A stretch of 64,000 nucleotides of DNA, taken from assembly GCA_017468465.1 (NCBI GenBank), contig JAFUIN010000003.1:21794-85793 (forward strand). Direction: 5' to 3'. This document shows positions 9,461-20,831 of the stretch, in pieces; positions within the stretch are counted from its first letter, which is position 1; each line of letters opens with the position of its first letter. The position numbers and the translations under genes are program-made. The DNA is from Clostridia bacterium (GTDB taxonomy: Bacteria; Bacillota; Clostridia; UMGS1840). Below the pieces are notes generated by a model. It worked only from the letters and a program-made list of their open reading frames with translations. It was not told the DNA's origin and made no database searches.

Positions 9461-9802
9461 TTATACTAATTCGATAACAGACATCAGCGCTGCGTCGCCA
9501 CGGCGTTCGAAAGTTTTGATGATTCTGGTGTAACCACCGTTTCTTTCTGCATATTTCGGAGCGATTTCTTCAAACAGCTTTTTCACAACATCTTCTTTGG
9601 TGATAAAAGCCAGCGCCTGTCTTCTTGCATGTAAAGTATCTTTTTTTGCAAGAGTAATCATTTTTTCAGCCAATGCTCTGGTTTCTTTTGCTCTGGTAAC
9701 GGTGGTTTCAATTTTACCGTGTTCCAAGAGAGCGGTAACAAGATTTTTGAGCATAGCGATTCTATGGTCAGTAGGACGACCTAATTTTCTGGTTCCTGCC
9801 AT
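9461..9802 (-). CDS. rplQ: 50S ribosomal protein L17
   Basis: bL17 sequence. I moved the start to [14 protein letters not shown], 9 codons inside the 122-aa track ORF. Confidence 0.9.
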   Translation of the reverse strand: MAGTRKLGRPTDHRIAMLKNLVTALLEHGKIETTVTRAKETRALAEKMITLAKKDTLHARRQALAFITKEDVVKKLFEEIAPKYAERNGGYTRIIKTFERRGDAALMSVIELV

Positions 9803-9847
9803 TTTGACATAGCCTCCCTTTTTAATCAATTCCCTTTCGGGTCAGGT

Positions 9848-10795
9848 TTATTCTTCTTCCTGCGCCAGAGTCAAGCCCAACGCTTCCAGTTTTGCAATGA
9901 CTTCTTCCATAGATTTACGACCTAAGTTTCTCACTTTGATCATTTCTTCCTGGGTTTTCTTGGACAGATCTTCTACGTTATTGATACCTGCACGTTTCAA
10001 ACAGTTGTAAGAACGAACAGACAATTCCAGATCTTCGATGGTCATTTCCAAAACTTTTTCTTTGTAGTCTTCTTCTTTTTCTACCATGATGTCGCTGTTT
10101 CTTGCTTCGTCGGACAAACCTACGAACAAGGACAAATGCTCGCTCATGATTTTTGCAGCCCAGCCAACTGCTTCATCAGCAGTCAGAACGCCGTTGGTCC
10201 AAACCTCAAGAGTCAGTTTATCGTGGTCAGTTTTATTGCCAACTCTGGTATTTTCAACCGTTGCATTTACCTTTTTCACAGGAGTGTAGATGGAGTCTAC
10301 CGGAATTGCACCCACCGGAAGAGCGGGAGTTTTGTTGAGTTCGGACGGAACATAGCCGATGCCGTGATCAAACACAATTTCCATGTAGAATTTTGCATCC
10401 TTGTTTAAGGTTGCAATGTGCAGCTCGGGATTTTTGATTTCCACTTCTGCATCCGGTTTAATATCGCCTGCAGTCAATACGCATTCGCCATCTGCTTCCA
10501 AAATCACGGTTTTAGGACCGTCGCAGAACAGCTTTGCAGCAATATTTTTCACATTCAGAATAATTTCGGTTACATCTTCTTTTACGCCGGGAATGGTGGA
10601 AAATTCATGTACCACACCGTCGATTTTCACGCTGGTAGGAGCAACTCCTTCCAAAGAAGATAACAAAATTCTTCTCAAGCTGTTGCCGAGAGTTGTGCCG
10701 TAGCCTCTGTTTAACGGGCTTAAAGAAAATTTAGCATAATCACCGCTAGGTGAACGATCTAAAAATTCAATATTAGGTTTTTCAATTAAAATCAT
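9848..10795 (-). CDS. rpoA: DNA-directed RNA polymerase subunit alpha
   Basis: 315 aa. N-terminal assembly domain plus a C-terminal [16 protein letters not shown] helix-hairpin-helix. Confidence 0.97.
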   Translation of the reverse strand: MILIEKPNIEFLDRSPSGDYAKFSLSPLNRGYGTTLGNSLRRILLSSLEGVAPTSVKIDGVVHEFSTIPGVKEDVTEIILNVKNIAAKLFCDGPKTVILEADGECVLTAGDIKPDAEVEIKNPELHIATLNKDAKFYMEIVFDHGIGYVPSELNKTPALPVGAIPVDSIYTPVKKVNATVENTRVGNKTDHDKLTLEVWTNGVLTADEAVGWAAKIMSEHLSLFVGLSDEARNSDIMVEKEEDYKEKVLEMTIEDLELSVRSYNCLKRAGINNVEDLSKKTQEEMIKVRNLGRKSMEEVIAKLEALGLTLAQEEE

Positions 10796-10931
10796 ATCGT
10801 GACCCTCCTCACCAAATGGTGTTTTATAAAGATTTCCAACTCACTTTTGTTTTAAGCTTTTGGGTCAGCTATACTGACTTACCTGCCCCTTCCCAAAAAA
10901 TGGGAAGAAGCATAAAAGCAAAGTCAATATC

Positions 10932-11558
10932 TTATTTGGAGTACAACTCAACGATTAAGTGTTCTTCAACTTCCAGATCAATTTCTTCTCTGGTGGGCAT
11001 TCTTACGATAGAAGCGCTTAATGCGTTTTTATCTAAAGATAACCACATGGGAACAACTTTAGAATCGGTAGTTTCCAAAACAGCTTTGATTTTTTCAGAG
11101 CTGCGGCTCTTATCTTTAATGGTGATGGTGTCGCCGGCTTTCAGTAAAATAGAAGGAATGTTTGCCTTCTGTCCGTTTACTTCAAAATGACCGTGTCTAA
11201 CCAACTGTCTTGCTTCCGGTCTGGAAGTTGCCCAACCCAGTCTGTAAACGATGTTGTCCAGTCTGGATTCTAAGATAATCAGTAAGTTTTCACCGGTAAT
11301 ACCTGCTTTTTTAACAGCCATTTCGTAGTAATTTGCAAACTGACCTTCCAGAACTCCGTAATATCTTCTTGTTTTCTGTTTTTCACGCAGCTGAACGCCG
11401 TATTCAGACATTTTCTTTCTTGCCTGGCCGTGCTGTCCGGGAGCATAAGCTCTTTTAGACAGGGCACATTTTTCAGAAAAACATCTGGTACCTTTTAAGA
11501 AAAGTTTCTGATTTTCTCTTCTGCAAAGACGGCACACTGCACCTGTATATCTTGCCAT
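10932..11558 (-). CDS. rpsD: 30S ribosomal protein S4
   Basis: 208 aa with a [15 protein letters not shown] start. Confidence 0.95.
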   Translation of the reverse strand: MARYTGAVCRLCRRENQKLFLKGTRCFSEKCALSKRAYAPGQHGQARKKMSEYGVQLREKQKTRRYYGVLEGQFANYYEMAVKKAGITGENLLIILESRLDNIVYRLGWATSRPEARQLVRHGHFEVNGQKANIPSILLKAGDTITIKDKSRSSEKIKAVLETTDSKVVPMWLSLDKNALSASIVRMPTREEIDLEVEEHLIVELYSK

Positions 11559-11640
11559 TTATTTTGCACCTCCACTTTTATTCTTTGGCATGTATTTGCC
11601 AAAATCCAATATTTCAAATAATGATGTTCTCCAAAAGAGA

Positions 11641-12036
11641 TTATACTCTTCTTCTCTTCGGAGGTCTGCAACCGTTGTGAGGAATGGGAGTTACATCTTT
11701 AATCATGGTAACTTCCAGACCTGCAGTCTGTAATGCTCTGATTGCAGCTTCTCTACCGGAACCGGGTCCTTTTACGAAAACTTCAACAGTTTTCAGACCA
11801 TGTTCCATAGCAGCTTTTGCAGCAGTTTCTGCAGCCATCTGTGCAGCAAAGGGAGTGTTTTTTCTGGAGCCTCTGAAGCCCAGACCGCCCGCGCTTGCCC
11901 AAGACAGTGCATTACCTGCAACATCAGTGATGGTTACGATTGTATTGTTGAAAGAAGACTGAATATGAACTGCACCTTTCTCAATGTGCTTCTTTTCTTT
12001 TCTTCTTCTGGTTGTTCTTTTAACCGCTTTAGCCAT
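11641..12036 (-). CDS. rpsK: 30S ribosomal protein S11
   Basis: 131 aa with a uS11 core ([15 protein letters not shown]...). Confidence 0.95.
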   Translation of the reverse strand: MAKAVKRTTRRRKEKKHIEKGAVHIQSSFNNTIVTITDVAGNALSWASAGGLGFRGSRKNTPFAAQMAAETAAKAAMEHGLKTVEVFVKGPGSGREAAIRALQTAGLEVTMIKDVTPIPHNGCRPPKRRRV

Positions 12037-12145
12037 TTAATTCACTCATTCCTTTCGTTAAAGTGTAAAGCTACACTTCGATTCTTTCAGAAGACAGAAA
12101 TTATGTTCTGCCTGCTATTTCTAAAACCGCACTCAAGCAAAAAGA

Positions 12146-12514
12146 TTATTTCTTTTTGTTTGCCATAGTTTTTCTGGGACCTTTTCTGGTTCTTGCATTG
12201 GTTTTGGTTCTCTGACCTCTGCAAGGCAGACCTTTTCTGTGTCTGGTTCCTCTGTAACATCCAATTTCAATCAAACGTTTGATATCCATTGCAACGTCAC
12301 GGCGAAGATCACCTTCAACTACATGGTTTTTGTCGATATTATCTCTTAATTTTGCTACTTCGTCATCGGTTAAATCCTTAACTCTGGTGTCGGGATTGAT
12401 GCCGGTTTCTTTCAGAATTCTTCTGGAAGCGGAAACACCAATTCCGTAGATGTAAGTCAATCCGATTTCTACTCTTTTTTCTCTGGGTAAATCGATACCA
12501 GCAATTCTTGCCAT
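12146..12514 (-). CDS. rpsM: 30S ribosomal protein S13
   Basis: 122 aa with a [15 protein letters not shown] start. Confidence 0.95.
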   Translation of the reverse strand: MARIAGIDLPREKRVEIGLTYIYGIGVSASRRILKETGINPDTRVKDLTDDEVAKLRDNIDKNHVVEGDLRRDVAMDIKRLIEIGCYRGTRHRKGLPCRGQRTKTNARTRKGPRKTMANKKK

Positions 12515-12674
12515 TTGAATCTACACCTCCTGATTTTTTCGTGTTTGATTTAGGTTTAATTTGGCGGAATTCTCCGCAAAAACGATTAGTGAAACCGTTT
12601 CCCCTTGCAAAAAGCAAGGCTACGTTTCATTTGAAAGCCTGTAAAACAAGCTTTTTATATCCAACAAACGATTT

Positions 12675-12708
12675 GCAAAAAAGATATACAGAGGAACTCT
12701 GTACAGCC
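12675..12708 (-). terminator. Terminator-like hairpin inside the rpmJ-rpsM spacer
   Basis: Minus-strand TACAGAG-ttc-CTCTGTA stem (12687-12703) followed by TATCTTTTTTG. Confidence 0.45.
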
Positions 12709-12781
12709 GCACCTTTTTCACAAAAAGTTTGCCTTTGCCAGATTTGGCTGAATTTTTGAGGCTGTATTTGCCCCAAAGTGA

Positions 12782-12907
<126 letters not shown>

Positions 12908-12910
12908 CTA

Positions 12911-13129
12911 TTATTTTGCTCTCCATACAATTCTGCCTCTGGTTAAATCGTAGGGGGACATTTCTAAAGTAACTTTGTCGCCCGGCAGAATTTTAATGTA
13001 GTGCATTCTTAATTTTCCTGAAATATGAGCCAGAATTTTATGTCCGTTTTCCAGCTCCACCGTAAACATCGCATTCGGCAACGCTTCGATTACGGTTCCT
13101 TCTAACTCAAGTACATCATCTTTTGGCAT
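12911..13129 (-). CDS. infA: Translation initiation factor IF-1
   Basis: I moved the start to [22 protein letters not shown] (72 aa). The 98-aa track ORF carries a spurious N-terminal extension. Confidence 0.93.
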   Translation of the reverse strand: MPKDDVLELEGTVIEALPNAMFTVELENGHKILAHISGKLRMHYIKILPGDKVTLEMSPYDLTRGRIVWRAK

Positions 13130-13148
13130 TTCTTTCTCCTCCGTGCAG

Positions 13149-13430
13149 CTATTTTTCCTCTGCTTCAGCATCCCAGAGAGCTCTGATTGCTTTTCTGAGC
13201 TCTGCATTGGTCAACTTCTTCCCTTCGCTGATTTTTGCAAGAATCCGTTCGTTCAAAACGAACTGAGATTTCTTCAAATGTTTGACCTTCTTTTTCTTTG
13301 GCTTTTCCAATTTTCTGATTGCACCATCTGCAATCAGAACATAATTGGAATCCAAAACCCCGGTCACCATAAAAATGCGTTCCTTATCTCTGCCGCTTAC
13401 AGAAACAACCAAGTCCGCTATCTGAAACAT
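13149..13430 (-). CDS. KOW-domain RNA-binding protein
   Basis: 93 aa with an N-terminal KOW-like fold ([19 protein letters not shown]) and a Lys-rich centre. It occupies the map-infA interval, as in many Firmicutes. Confidence 0.7.
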   Translation of the reverse strand: MFQIADLVVSVSGRDKERIFMVTGVLDSNYVLIADGAIRKLEKPKKKKVKHLKKSQFVLNERILAKISEGKKLTNAELRKAIRALWDAEAEEK

Positions 13431-13440
13431 CCTTGACCTC

Positions 13441-14190
13441 CTATAATGTGGTTAAAATGACGGGCTCTCCGTCGGTGATAAGAATGGTATTTTCATAATG
13501 TGCCGAAAGGCTGCCATCCAAAGTCCGAATGGTCCAGTTATCTACTGAATCCTGATATACATCATATTTTCCCAAGTTTACCATTGGCTCAATGGCAATG
13601 GTCATACCGGGCATCAGCTTAGGGCCTTTTCCGGCTTTTCCAAAATTCGGAACCGAGGGGCCTTCATGTAGATTTGCTCCGATTCCGTGCCCTTCCAAAT
13701 CTCTGACAATGGAATAACCGTGTCCCTCAATGAATGCCTGAATGGTTTCTGAAATATCTCCGACTCTGTTTCCTGCCACAGCCTGTTTCATTCCAAGATA
13801 GAAGCTTTCTCTGGTGGCTTCCACCAAACGTCTGGCTTCCTCTGAAACATGACCCGCGAAAGCAGTGTCTGCACAGTCGCCATGATATCCTTTATAACAA
13901 GCGCCACAGTCGATACTGACAATATCGCCTTCCTGAATGACATATTCACCCGGGATGCCGTGTACCACTTCCTCGTTTACCGATACACAAATATGCATCG
14001 GGTAACCGTTATAACGGAAAAAGGAAGGAGTCGCATTGCATTTTCTGATAAAATTTTCGGCAATTCTGTCAAGCTCGATGGTCTTAATGCCGGGCTTTAC
14101 TGCCTCGATAGCTTTTTGCAAAGCACCTTTGGTAATCTGACCGGCTTTTTTCATTAGTGCAATTTCTTCTTTATTTTTAATATAAATCAT
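13441..14190 (-). CDS. map: Type I methionine aminopeptidase
   Basis: 249 aa with the type I MetAP metal-ligand contexts (DIVSIDCGA, GHGIG, IEPM). Confidence 0.95.
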   Translation of the reverse strand: MIYIKNKEEIALMKKAGQITKGALQKAIEAVKPGIKTIELDRIAENFIRKCNATPSFFRYNGYPMHICVSVNEEVVHGIPGEYVIQEGDIVSIDCGACYKGYHGDCADTAFAGHVSEEARRLVEATRESFYLGMKQAVAGNRVGDISETIQAFIEGHGYSIVRDLEGHGIGANLHEGPSVPNFGKAGKGPKLMPGMTIAIEPMVNLGKYDVYQDSVDNWTIRTLDGSLSAHYENTILITDGEPVILTTL

Positions 14191-14825
14191 AATGTTACAC
14201 CTAATGCCTGCAATACACTTGCCACGGTGTCATCTACACTCTTTGCTCCTTGCACCGCTGCCAGCAAATTATTTTGACGAAAATGCTGGATCAATGGTTC
14301 GGTTTGCTTATGGTAGATTTCTAACCGTTTCCTGATAATTTCCGGGGCGTCATCCGCCCGAATCTGCAAAGTGGCTCCACACTCATCGCACACACCATCC
14401 ACCTGAGAGGGATTATGCTGTATGTGATAAGTTGCTCTGCAGTGTGGACACTCTCTTCTTCCTGCTAATCGTGCGATGATTTCTTCATCTGCCACAGTAA
14501 GAAGAACTGCTTTGTCCAAATGAATGCCTAACTGGGATAATTTTTCTGCCTGGCTTTCATTTCTGGGATAGCCATCCAGAATGTATCCGTTTTGACAATC
14601 GGCATCCTGCAGACGCTTCACAAGCAAGGAAGAAACCATATCATCTGAAACAAAGTTTCCTTTGGAAATCAGTGAATCGATTTCCTTCCCAAGCTCTGAG
14701 CCGCTTTCAATCTCGTCCCGGAGCAGAGCTCCGGTTGAGATGGTCGGTATTTGTAAAATTTTCGATAACAGCCGCGCCATGGTGCCTTTGCCGGCACCCG
14801 GCGCTCCTAATAATGTCAAAATCAT
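14187..14825 (-). CDS. adk: Adenylate kinase
   Basis: 212 aa with P-loop GAPGAGKGT and a Zn lid (CPHC...CDEC). It overlaps map by 4 nt. Confidence 0.95.
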   Translation of the reverse strand: MILTLLGAPGAGKGTMARLLSKILQIPTISTGALLRDEIESGSELGKEIDSLISKGNFVSDDMVSSLLVKRLQDADCQNGYILDGYPRNESQAEKLSQLGIHLDKAVLLTVADEEIIARLAGRRECPHCRATYHIQHNPSQVDGVCDECGATLQIRADDAPEIIRKRLEIYHKQTEPLIQHFRQNNLLAAVQGAKSVDDTVASVLQALGVTL

Positions 14826-14844
14826 ATTCTCATACCAGAATGAT

Positions 14845-16101
14845 TTATTCTAAGAATCCTTTATAATGTCTCATCAGCATCTGAGATTCAATCTGTTTTA
14901 CAGTTTCCAGTGCAACACCTACAACAATCAGTAAGGAAGTTCCACCGAATGCAAATGCCGGATTGATATTTGCCAAGAGAGACGGAAGTACTGCGATTAA
15001 CGCAATGAAGATTGCACCAATCATAGTGATTCTGTTCAGAATCATACGAATGAAATCGCTGGTAGGTCTGCCGGGTCTTAAACCTGCAACAGAACCGCCG
15101 TTATTTTTGATGTTGTTTGCAATTTCAATCGGGTTGAACTGAATTTCTGTATAGAAGAAAGTAAACAGAATAATCAGAATAAAGTAAATGATGGAATACC
15201 ATACGTTACCGGGAGAGAAGAAGTTAATCAGTCCTCCCCAGAAGCCGCCGGAAGCAGCAGTTTTACCAAACATCTGACCAATGGTTCCCGGGAATGCCAT
15301 AATGGAAACCGCAAAGATGATGGGCATAACGCCTGCCATAGCAACTTTTACCGGAATGTGAGTGCTCTGTCCACCATACATTTTTCTGCCAACAACTCTT
15401 TTTGCATACTGAACGGGAATTCTTCTTTCTGCATTGTTCATCAGAACAATGAAGCCGATAACAGCAACTACGATAATTACCATTAAGATTAAGACAATCC
15501 AATTTACGTCGTTTGCAAAAATTGCATAAATTGCAGAAGGTGCACCGGAAAGGATACCTGCGAAGATAATCATAGAAATACCGTTTCCGATACCTTTTTC
15601 ATTAATCTGTTCGCCCAGCCACATTAAGAATGCAGTACCTGCAGTTAAGGTGAGCACTACGGTAAGGAAGCTTGCAAAACCTTTATACTGCGGATCTGCA
15701 ACGGTCAGATACAGACCGGCAGCCTGAACAAATGCTAACACGATAGTAACATAACGAGTAATTGCGCCGATTTTCTTTCTTCCTTCTTCGCCTTCTTTGG
15801 ACATTCTTTCCAAAGCGGGAATCGCAACAGTCAAAAGCTGCATAATAATGGAAGAGTTAATGTACGGGGTAATACTCATTGCAAAGATGGTTGCGTTCTG
15901 CAGTGCACGACCGGATACAATGTTTGCTAAGCTAAACAAGGTGTTTCCGTCGCCGCCGAACAATTGGGTCAGCAACTCTTTGCTAACAAAGGGAACAGGG
16001 ATATGCGCACCGAATCTGAAAACAATCAACAAAAGGATTGTATATAAGATTTTCTTTCTCAAATCCGGAATTTTCCATGCATCTTTTAATATGCGAAACA
16101 T
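14845..16101 (-). CDS. secY: Preprotein translocase subunit SecY
   Basis: 418-aa polytopic membrane protein in the canonical position. Confidence 0.95.
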   Translation of the reverse strand: MFRILKDAWKIPDLRKKILYTILLLIVFRFGAHIPVPFVSKELLTQLFGGDGNTLFSLANIVSGRALQNATIFAMSITPYINSSIIMQLLTVAIPALERMSKEGEEGRKKIGAITRYVTIVLAFVQAAGLYLTVADPQYKGFASFLTVVLTLTAGTAFLMWLGEQINEKGIGNGISMIIFAGILSGAPSAIYAIFANDVNWIVLILMVIIVVAVIGFIVLMNNAERRIPVQYAKRVVGRKMYGGQSTHIPVKVAMAGVMPIIFAVSIMAFPGTIGQMFGKTAASGGFWGGLINFFSPGNVWYSIIYFILIILFTFFYTEIQFNPIEIANNIKNNGGSVAGLRPGRPTSDFIRMILNRITMIGAIFIALIAVLPSLLANINPAFAFGGTSLLIVVGVALETVKQIESQMLMRHYKGFLE

Positions 16102-16102
16102 A

Positions 16103-16543
16103 TTAAATCACCTCAGTCTTTCCACCTAAAGCAGTAATTTTTTCAGCAGCAGCTTTTGAGAATCTTGCAGCTTTTACTGTCAGCTTTTTGGTAAGATCTC
16201 CTCTGTTTAACACAACAATTCCGTCATTGATTTTAGAAATTACGCCGGTTTCTTTTAAGAGTTCAGCAGTAACTTCAGTTCCGTTTTCAAATCTTTCTAA
16301 ATCGGAAAGATGAATTTCGGTATAGTTTTTCGCAAAAACATTGTAGAAGCCTCTTTTGGGGAGTCTTCTTGCTAACGGCATCTGACCGCCTTCGAAGCCG
16401 GGTCTTACACCGCCGCCGGATCTTGCTTTCTGACCTTTATGGCCTTTGCCGGCTTGTTTTCCGTTACCGGAAGCGTGACCTCTACCTTTTCTGTAACGCT
16501 CTTTTACGGAACCCGGAGCCGGAGATAATTCATTTAATCTCAT
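16103..16543 (-). CDS. rplO: 50S ribosomal protein L15
   Basis: 146 aa with a Gly/Lys/Arg-rich N-terminus. Confidence 0.95.
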   Translation of the reverse strand: MRLNELSPAPGSVKERYRKGRGHASGNGKQAGKGHKGQKARSGGGVRPGFEGGQMPLARRLPKRGFYNVFAKNYTEIHLSDLERFENGTEVTAELLKETGVISKINDGIVVLNRGDLTKKLTVKAARFSKAAAEKITALGGKTEVI

Positions 16544-16576
16544 AATTTTTACACCTCCGAATGAATTTTACTGATT

Positions 16577-16756
16577 TTAGACTTCTTCACAGTCTACCAA
16601 ATAAGATACTTTGTTTACCATACCTCTGATCTGAGGTGTATCATTATGGATTTTTTCGTCTCTGATTTTTTTAAGGCCTAATGCGTTTGCAGTCTTAATA
16701 TGGCTGTCAAGACGGCCAATCAGGCTCTTTTTCAAGGTTACTTTTAATTTAGCCAT
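16577..16756 (-). CDS. rpmD: 50S ribosomal protein L30
   Basis: I moved the start to [15 protein letters not shown] (59 aa). Confidence 0.9.
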   Translation of the reverse strand: MAKLKVTLKKSLIGRLDSHIKTANALGLKKIRDEKIHNDTPQIRGMVNKVSYLVDCEEV

Positions 16757-16844
16757 GTTTAACACCAAGTGCTTTGACTCAATATCGAGAAGCACATTTC
16801 CTTTCTTCAGACTCTTCTGATTCGTTTCTGATGTTTAAGAAATC

Positions 16845-17351
16845 TTATTTCACGATTTCTGCGGGAGTTTTGCCTCTCTTATCAGCAACTTCTTTCAAAC
16901 TCATTAAGCTCTTTAATCCTTCGATTGTAGCAGAAACTACATTTCTGGGATTGTTAGATCTTAAGCATTTGGTTCTGATGTCTCTGATACCAGCCAGCTC
17001 CAATACCGCTCTGGCAGGACCGCCTGCGATAACACCGGTACCTTCAGCAGCGGGTTTCAATAACACTCTGCCTGCACCAAATTCACCAATTACTTCATGA
17101 GGAATAGTAGTTTTATACAGCGGAATTTCCACCATATTTTTCTTTGCATCCTCAATACCTTTTCTGATAGCATCCGGAATTTCAGCTGCTTTACCCATAC
17201 CGCAGCCTACTCTGCCGTTTTCGTCACCTACTACAACTAAAGCTGAAAAACGGAAGGTTCTACCACCTTTTACAACTTTAGCAACTCTGTTTAAGGCAAC
17301 AACTTTTTCTTTAATGTCCAGTGTAGCCGGATCAATTTTAGCTTGACTCAC
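16845..17351 (-). CDS. rpsE: 30S ribosomal protein S5
   Basis: 168 aa with a uS5 core ([18 protein letters not shown]). Confidence 0.95.
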   Translation of the reverse strand: MSQAKIDPATLDIKEKVVALNRVAKVVKGGRTFRFSALVVVGDENGRVGCGMGKAAEIPDAIRKGIEDAKKNMVEIPLYKTTIPHEVIGEFGAGRVLLKPAAEGTGVIAGGPARAVLELAGIRDIRTKCLRSNNPRNVVSATIEGLKSLMSLKEVADKRGKTPAEIVK

Positions 17352-17383
17352 GATTTCATTTCCTCCTTATCACTAAAGTGTAA

Positions 17384-17746
17384 TTAGAATTTCAGTCCGC
17401 CTTCTCTGGCACCTTCAGCCAAAGCGGCAACTCTTCCGTGGTACAGATAGCCGCCACGGTCGAATACAACAACTTCGATACCTTTGGCTTTTGCTTTTTC
17501 TGCAACCATCAAACCAACTTTTTTAGCAGCTTCAATATTTCCACCCGGATTCTTACCGAATTCAGGGCTTAAGGTAGAAGCGGAAACTAAAGTTACACCT
17601 GCAACGTCATCGATAATCTGAGCATAAATGTGATTTAAGCTTCTAAATACATTTAATCTCGGTTTCTGTGCAGTGCCTTTTACATTATTTCTAATTCTGT
17701 AATGTCTTTTCATTCTGGCAACATTACTGTTTTGCTTTTTAACCAC
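17384..17746 (-). CDS. rplR: 50S ribosomal protein L18
   Basis: 120 aa, ending [19 protein letters not shown]. Confidence 0.95.
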   Translation of the reverse strand: MVKKQNSNVARMKRHYRIRNNVKGTAQKPRLNVFRSLNHIYAQIIDDVAGVTLVSASTLSPEFGKNPGGNIEAAKKVGLMVAEKAKAKGIEVVVFDRGGYLYHGRVAALAEGAREGGLKF

Positions 17747-17803
17747 TGTTTATTCACTCCTTTATACAATCTGATAAAACAGCTAATCAAAATAATCTTT
17801 AGA

Positions 17804-18352
17804 TTATTTTTTCTTAGCGCCGGTTTTACCTTCTTTTCTGATAATAACTTCATCAACGTATTTGATACCTTTACCTTTATAGGGTTCCGGCGGTCTCTTT
17901 TCACGAATGTTGGCAGCAAACTGTCCAACCTTCTGTTTGTCGGGACCTTTTACGATGATTTTGTTCGGGGTGGGGCAATCCAAAGAGATACCGTCACATT
18001 CTTCCATTTCTACCTGATGGGAGAAACCTAAGTTCATAACGATTTTGTTGCCCTGTTTTGCAACCCTGTAACCAACACCGTTGATGTCCAGTTCTTTGGT
18101 GAAACCAGCGGTTACACCGGTAATCATATTGGAAATGATTGTACGAGTTAAACCATGCAGTGATCTATATGTCTTTTCTTCACTGGGTCTTTTTACGGTT
18201 AATTCGTTGTTTTCCAACTCCAGAATCATGTCCTTGTTGAATTTCTGTTCCAAGGTGCCTAAGGGACCTTTTACAGTTACTAAGTTTTCAGCGCCGATTG
18301 TTACTGTTACTCCATTCGGTACGGAGATCGGCATTCTTCCAATTCTTGACAT
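17804..18352 (-). CDS. rplF: 50S ribosomal protein L6
   Basis: 182 aa with a MSRIGRMPI start. Confidence 0.95.
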   Translation of the reverse strand: MSRIGRMPISVPNGVTVTIGAENLVTVKGPLGTLEQKFNKDMILELENNELTVKRPSEEKTYRSLHGLTRTIISNMITGVTAGFTKELDINGVGYRVAKQGNKIVMNLGFSHQVEMEECDGISLDCPTPNKIIVKGPDKQKVGQFAANIREKRPPEPYKGKGIKYVDEVIIRKEGKTGAKKK

Positions 18353-18366
18353 CTTCTACCCCTCCA

Positions 18367-18765
18367 TTACCAAATATAAGCGAGAATTTCGCCGCCGACA
18401 TTTTCCTGTCTTGCTTTTTTATCAGTCATGATTCCTTTTGAAGTAGAAACCAATGCGATACCCAGGCCTTTTAATACTTTCGGCAGTTCTTCGCTTTTTG
18501 CGTAAACTCTGAGACCCGGTTTTGAAATTCTTCTCAAACCATTAATTGTTTTTGTTTTGTTTGCACCATATTTCAGGGTAATTCTGATAATGCCCTGAGT
18601 GCTGTTGTCAATCAGCTGGAAATTCTTGATGTATCCTTCTTCTAACAGAATTTCAGCGATTGCTTTTTTCATATTAGATGCGGGAACGTCCACGGTATCG
18701 TGTTTTGCTGTACCTGCATTTCTAATTCTTGTAAGCATATCTGCAATAGGATCTGTGATCTGCAT
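18367..18765 (-). CDS. rpsH: 30S ribosomal protein S8
   Basis: 132 aa with a [13 protein letters not shown] motif. Confidence 0.95.
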   Translation of the reverse strand: MQITDPIADMLTRIRNAGTAKHDTVDVPASNMKKAIAEILLEEGYIKNFQLIDNSTQGIIRITLKYGANKTKTINGLRRISKPGLRVYAKSEELPKVLKGLGIALVSTSKGIMTDKKARQENVGGEILAYIW

Positions 18766-18918
18766 TGTATAGCCTCCTTTTTTAAGGTATTGTTTATCAC
18801 GCCGGGGTGATACGACTTACCTAAAACCTTGTTAATTTTTCTCACTTTGGGTTTTTCCTTTGAAAAACCCGTTTACATTGCCCGCTCGGGCATCCTGTTT
18901 TTTTTGCAAAAACCAATC

Positions 18919-19104
18919 TTACCAGCTTGCTTTTTTTACACCGGGAATCTGACCTTTGTAAGCCAGTTCTCTGAAGCAAATACGGCAGATAGCATATTTC
19001 CGAAGATAAGCATGGGGTCTACCGCAGATTTTACATCTGTTGTATTCTCTGGTGCTGAACTTCTGGGGTTTCTGCTGCTTATTGATCATAGATTTTTTAG
19101 CCAT
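18919..19104 (-). CDS. rpsN: 30S ribosomal protein S14 type Z (zinc-binding)
   Basis: 61 aa with [20 protein letters not shown]. Confidence 0.95.
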   Translation of the reverse strand: MAKKSMINKQQKPQKFSTREYNRCKICGRPHAYLRKYAICRICFRELAYKGQIPGVKKASW

Positions 19105-19162
19105 TTGTTTCCATTTCCTTTCACTTTACTCTTGTGTCTTTGGAATATTCAGAAATCTTATC

Positions 19163-19705
19163 TTACGCTTTGATAAAGGGAGCGCCCATCAGAGTCAGTA
19201 ATTCTTTTGCTTCTTCGTCAGTTTTTGCAGTGGTAACGAAAGCAATGTCCATACCTCTGATTTTTTCTACTTTATCGTATTCGATTTCCGGGAAAATAAG
19301 CTGTTCTTTGATACCGAAAGCATAGTTGCCGCGGCCATCAAAGGAGTTTGCGCTGATGCCTCTGAAGTCTCTTACACGGGGAAGAGCGATGCAGAATAAT
19401 CTTTCGATGAATTCATACATTCTTTCGCCACGTAAGGTTACTTTACAGCCAATGTTCATACCTTCTCTTAATTTGAAGTTAGAAACAGATTTTTTTGCTT
19501 TGGTCAAAACTGCTTTCTGACCGGTAATTAAGGTCAGGTCTGCTGCAGCGCTTTCCAGTGCTTTTGCGTTGTCTTTTGCTTCGCCAACGCCGATGTTGAC
19601 AACTACCTTGTCAATTTTCGGAATCTGCATTACAGATTTGTAACCGAATTTAGACATTAAGGCAGGTGCAACTTCGTTTTTGTATAAATTTGCTAAATTT
19701 GACAT
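19163..19705 (-). CDS. rplE: 50S ribosomal protein L5
   Basis: 180 aa with a uL5 sequence. Confidence 0.95.
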   Translation of the reverse strand: MSNLANLYKNEVAPALMSKFGYKSVMQIPKIDKVVVNIGVGEAKDNAKALESAAADLTLITGQKAVLTKAKKSVSNFKLREGMNIGCKVTLRGERMYEFIERLFCIALPRVRDFRGISANSFDGRGNYAFGIKEQLIFPEIEYDKVEKIRGMDIAFVTTAKTDEEAKELLTLMGAPFIKA

Positions 19706-19724
19706 CTCAGTCTACCTCCCTCTA

Positions 19725-20048
19725 TTAGTCTAAAGTTTCCAGACATTTTTTACAATATCTTACTTTGTTGCCATCATCTAAGATTTTCTTACCGGTTCTA
19801 ACTGCTTTGCCGCATTTGGGGCAAATGAGCATAACCTTTGCAGCATAGATGGGGCATTCCTGTTTTACGATACCACCGGTCTGACCCTGAGCTCTGGGTT
19901 TGGTGTGTTTGGTAGCCATGTTAATGCCTTCTACGATAACTTTCCCTTCTTTGGGAGATACTACCAGCACTTTGCCCTTTTTGCCTTTGTCTTTACCGGA
20001 AATAACCATTACCTGGTCATCTTTTCTTACATTCACTTTTTTATACAT
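19725..20048 (-). CDS. rplX: 50S ribosomal protein L24
   Basis: 107 aa with a KOW motif (DQVMVISGKDKGKKG). Confidence 0.93.
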   Translation of the reverse strand: MYKKVNVRKDDQVMVISGKDKGKKGKVLVVSPKEGKVIVEGINMATKHTKPRAQGQTGGIVKQECPIYAAKVMLICPKCGKAVRTGKKILDDGNKVRYCKKCLETLD

Positions 20049-20063
20049 GTCTCAAATCCTCCC

Positions 20064-20432
20064 TTACAATACTTCAGGAGCCAAAGATAATATTTTGGAA
20101 TATTCTTTGTCACGAAGCTCTCTTGCAACAGGGCCAAAAATACGAGTTCCTCTCGGATTTTTGTCATCTTTAATAATTACAGCTGCGTTTTCGTCAAATT
20201 TGATATAGGTTCCATCCTGACGGCGAACACCTTTTACGCTTCTAACGATAACAGCTTTTACAACATCACCTTTTTTCACAACGCCGCCGGGTGCTGCTTT
20301 TTTGACAGTAGCTACAACTACATCACCGATGTTGGCATATCTTCTTTTGGAGCCGCCAAGAACTCTGATGGTCAGTAATTCTTTTGCACCGGTATTATCA
20401 GCTACTTTCATTCTGCTTTCTTGCTGAATCAT
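20064..20432 (-). CDS. rplN: 50S ribosomal protein L14
   Basis: I moved the start to [17 protein letters not shown] (122 aa). The 184-aa track ORF runs through the rpsQ 3' end. Confidence 0.93.
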   Translation of the reverse strand: MIQQESRMKVADNTGAKELLTIRVLGGSKRRYANIGDVVVATVKKAAPGGVVKKGDVVKAVIVRSVKGVRRQDGTYIKFDENAAVIIKDDKNPRGTRIFGPVARELRDKEYSKILSLAPEVL

Positions 20433-20505
20433 TGTAATCCTCCTCTGCCTGCGAACAACTGCCGCAAGCGTTTTTATTAACGGTATTGCTACCGCAGAAA
20501 CATTC

Positions 20506-20763
20506 TTATTTTGCTTTTTCAACGATTTTTGTAAGTCTCCATCTTTTGTCTTTGGATAACGGTCTTGTTTCCATGATTTCAACTCTGTCGCCGATGTTAC
20601 ATTCGTTGTTTTCATCATGTGCTTTGAACTTAATGGTTCTTTTGATGATTTTTTTGTAAATCGGATGCTTTACAGAATCTTCAATATTAACAACAATTGT
20701 TTTATCCATTTTGTTGCTTACAACTTCGCCGATTCTAACTTTTCTAAAGCCTCTTTCGGACAT
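20506..20763 (-). CDS. rpsQ: 30S ribosomal protein S17
   Basis: 85 aa with a uS17 sequence. Confidence 0.93.
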   Translation of the reverse strand: MSERGFRKVRIGEVVSNKMDKTIVVNIEDSVKHPIYKKIIKRTIKFKAHDENNECNIGDRVEIMETRPLSKDKRWRLTKIVEKAK

Positions 20764-20831
20764 GATTTAGTTCCTCCATTTCCGCCTTCGCCACACAGTT
20801 TGGGAAAGGCGTTTCTAAACCTCACGGGAAA

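Noticed and set aside
20433-20618. N-terminal extensions of track ORFs: rplN as 184 aa, and likewise rplQ, infA, rpmD, rpsS, rplB, rplD, sleB, lon, hisS and VanZ.
   Set aside because: The extensions overlap upstream genes or promoters. They lack similarity to the protein families, and internal ATGs with proper Shine-Dalgarno sequences reproduce the canonical N-termini.
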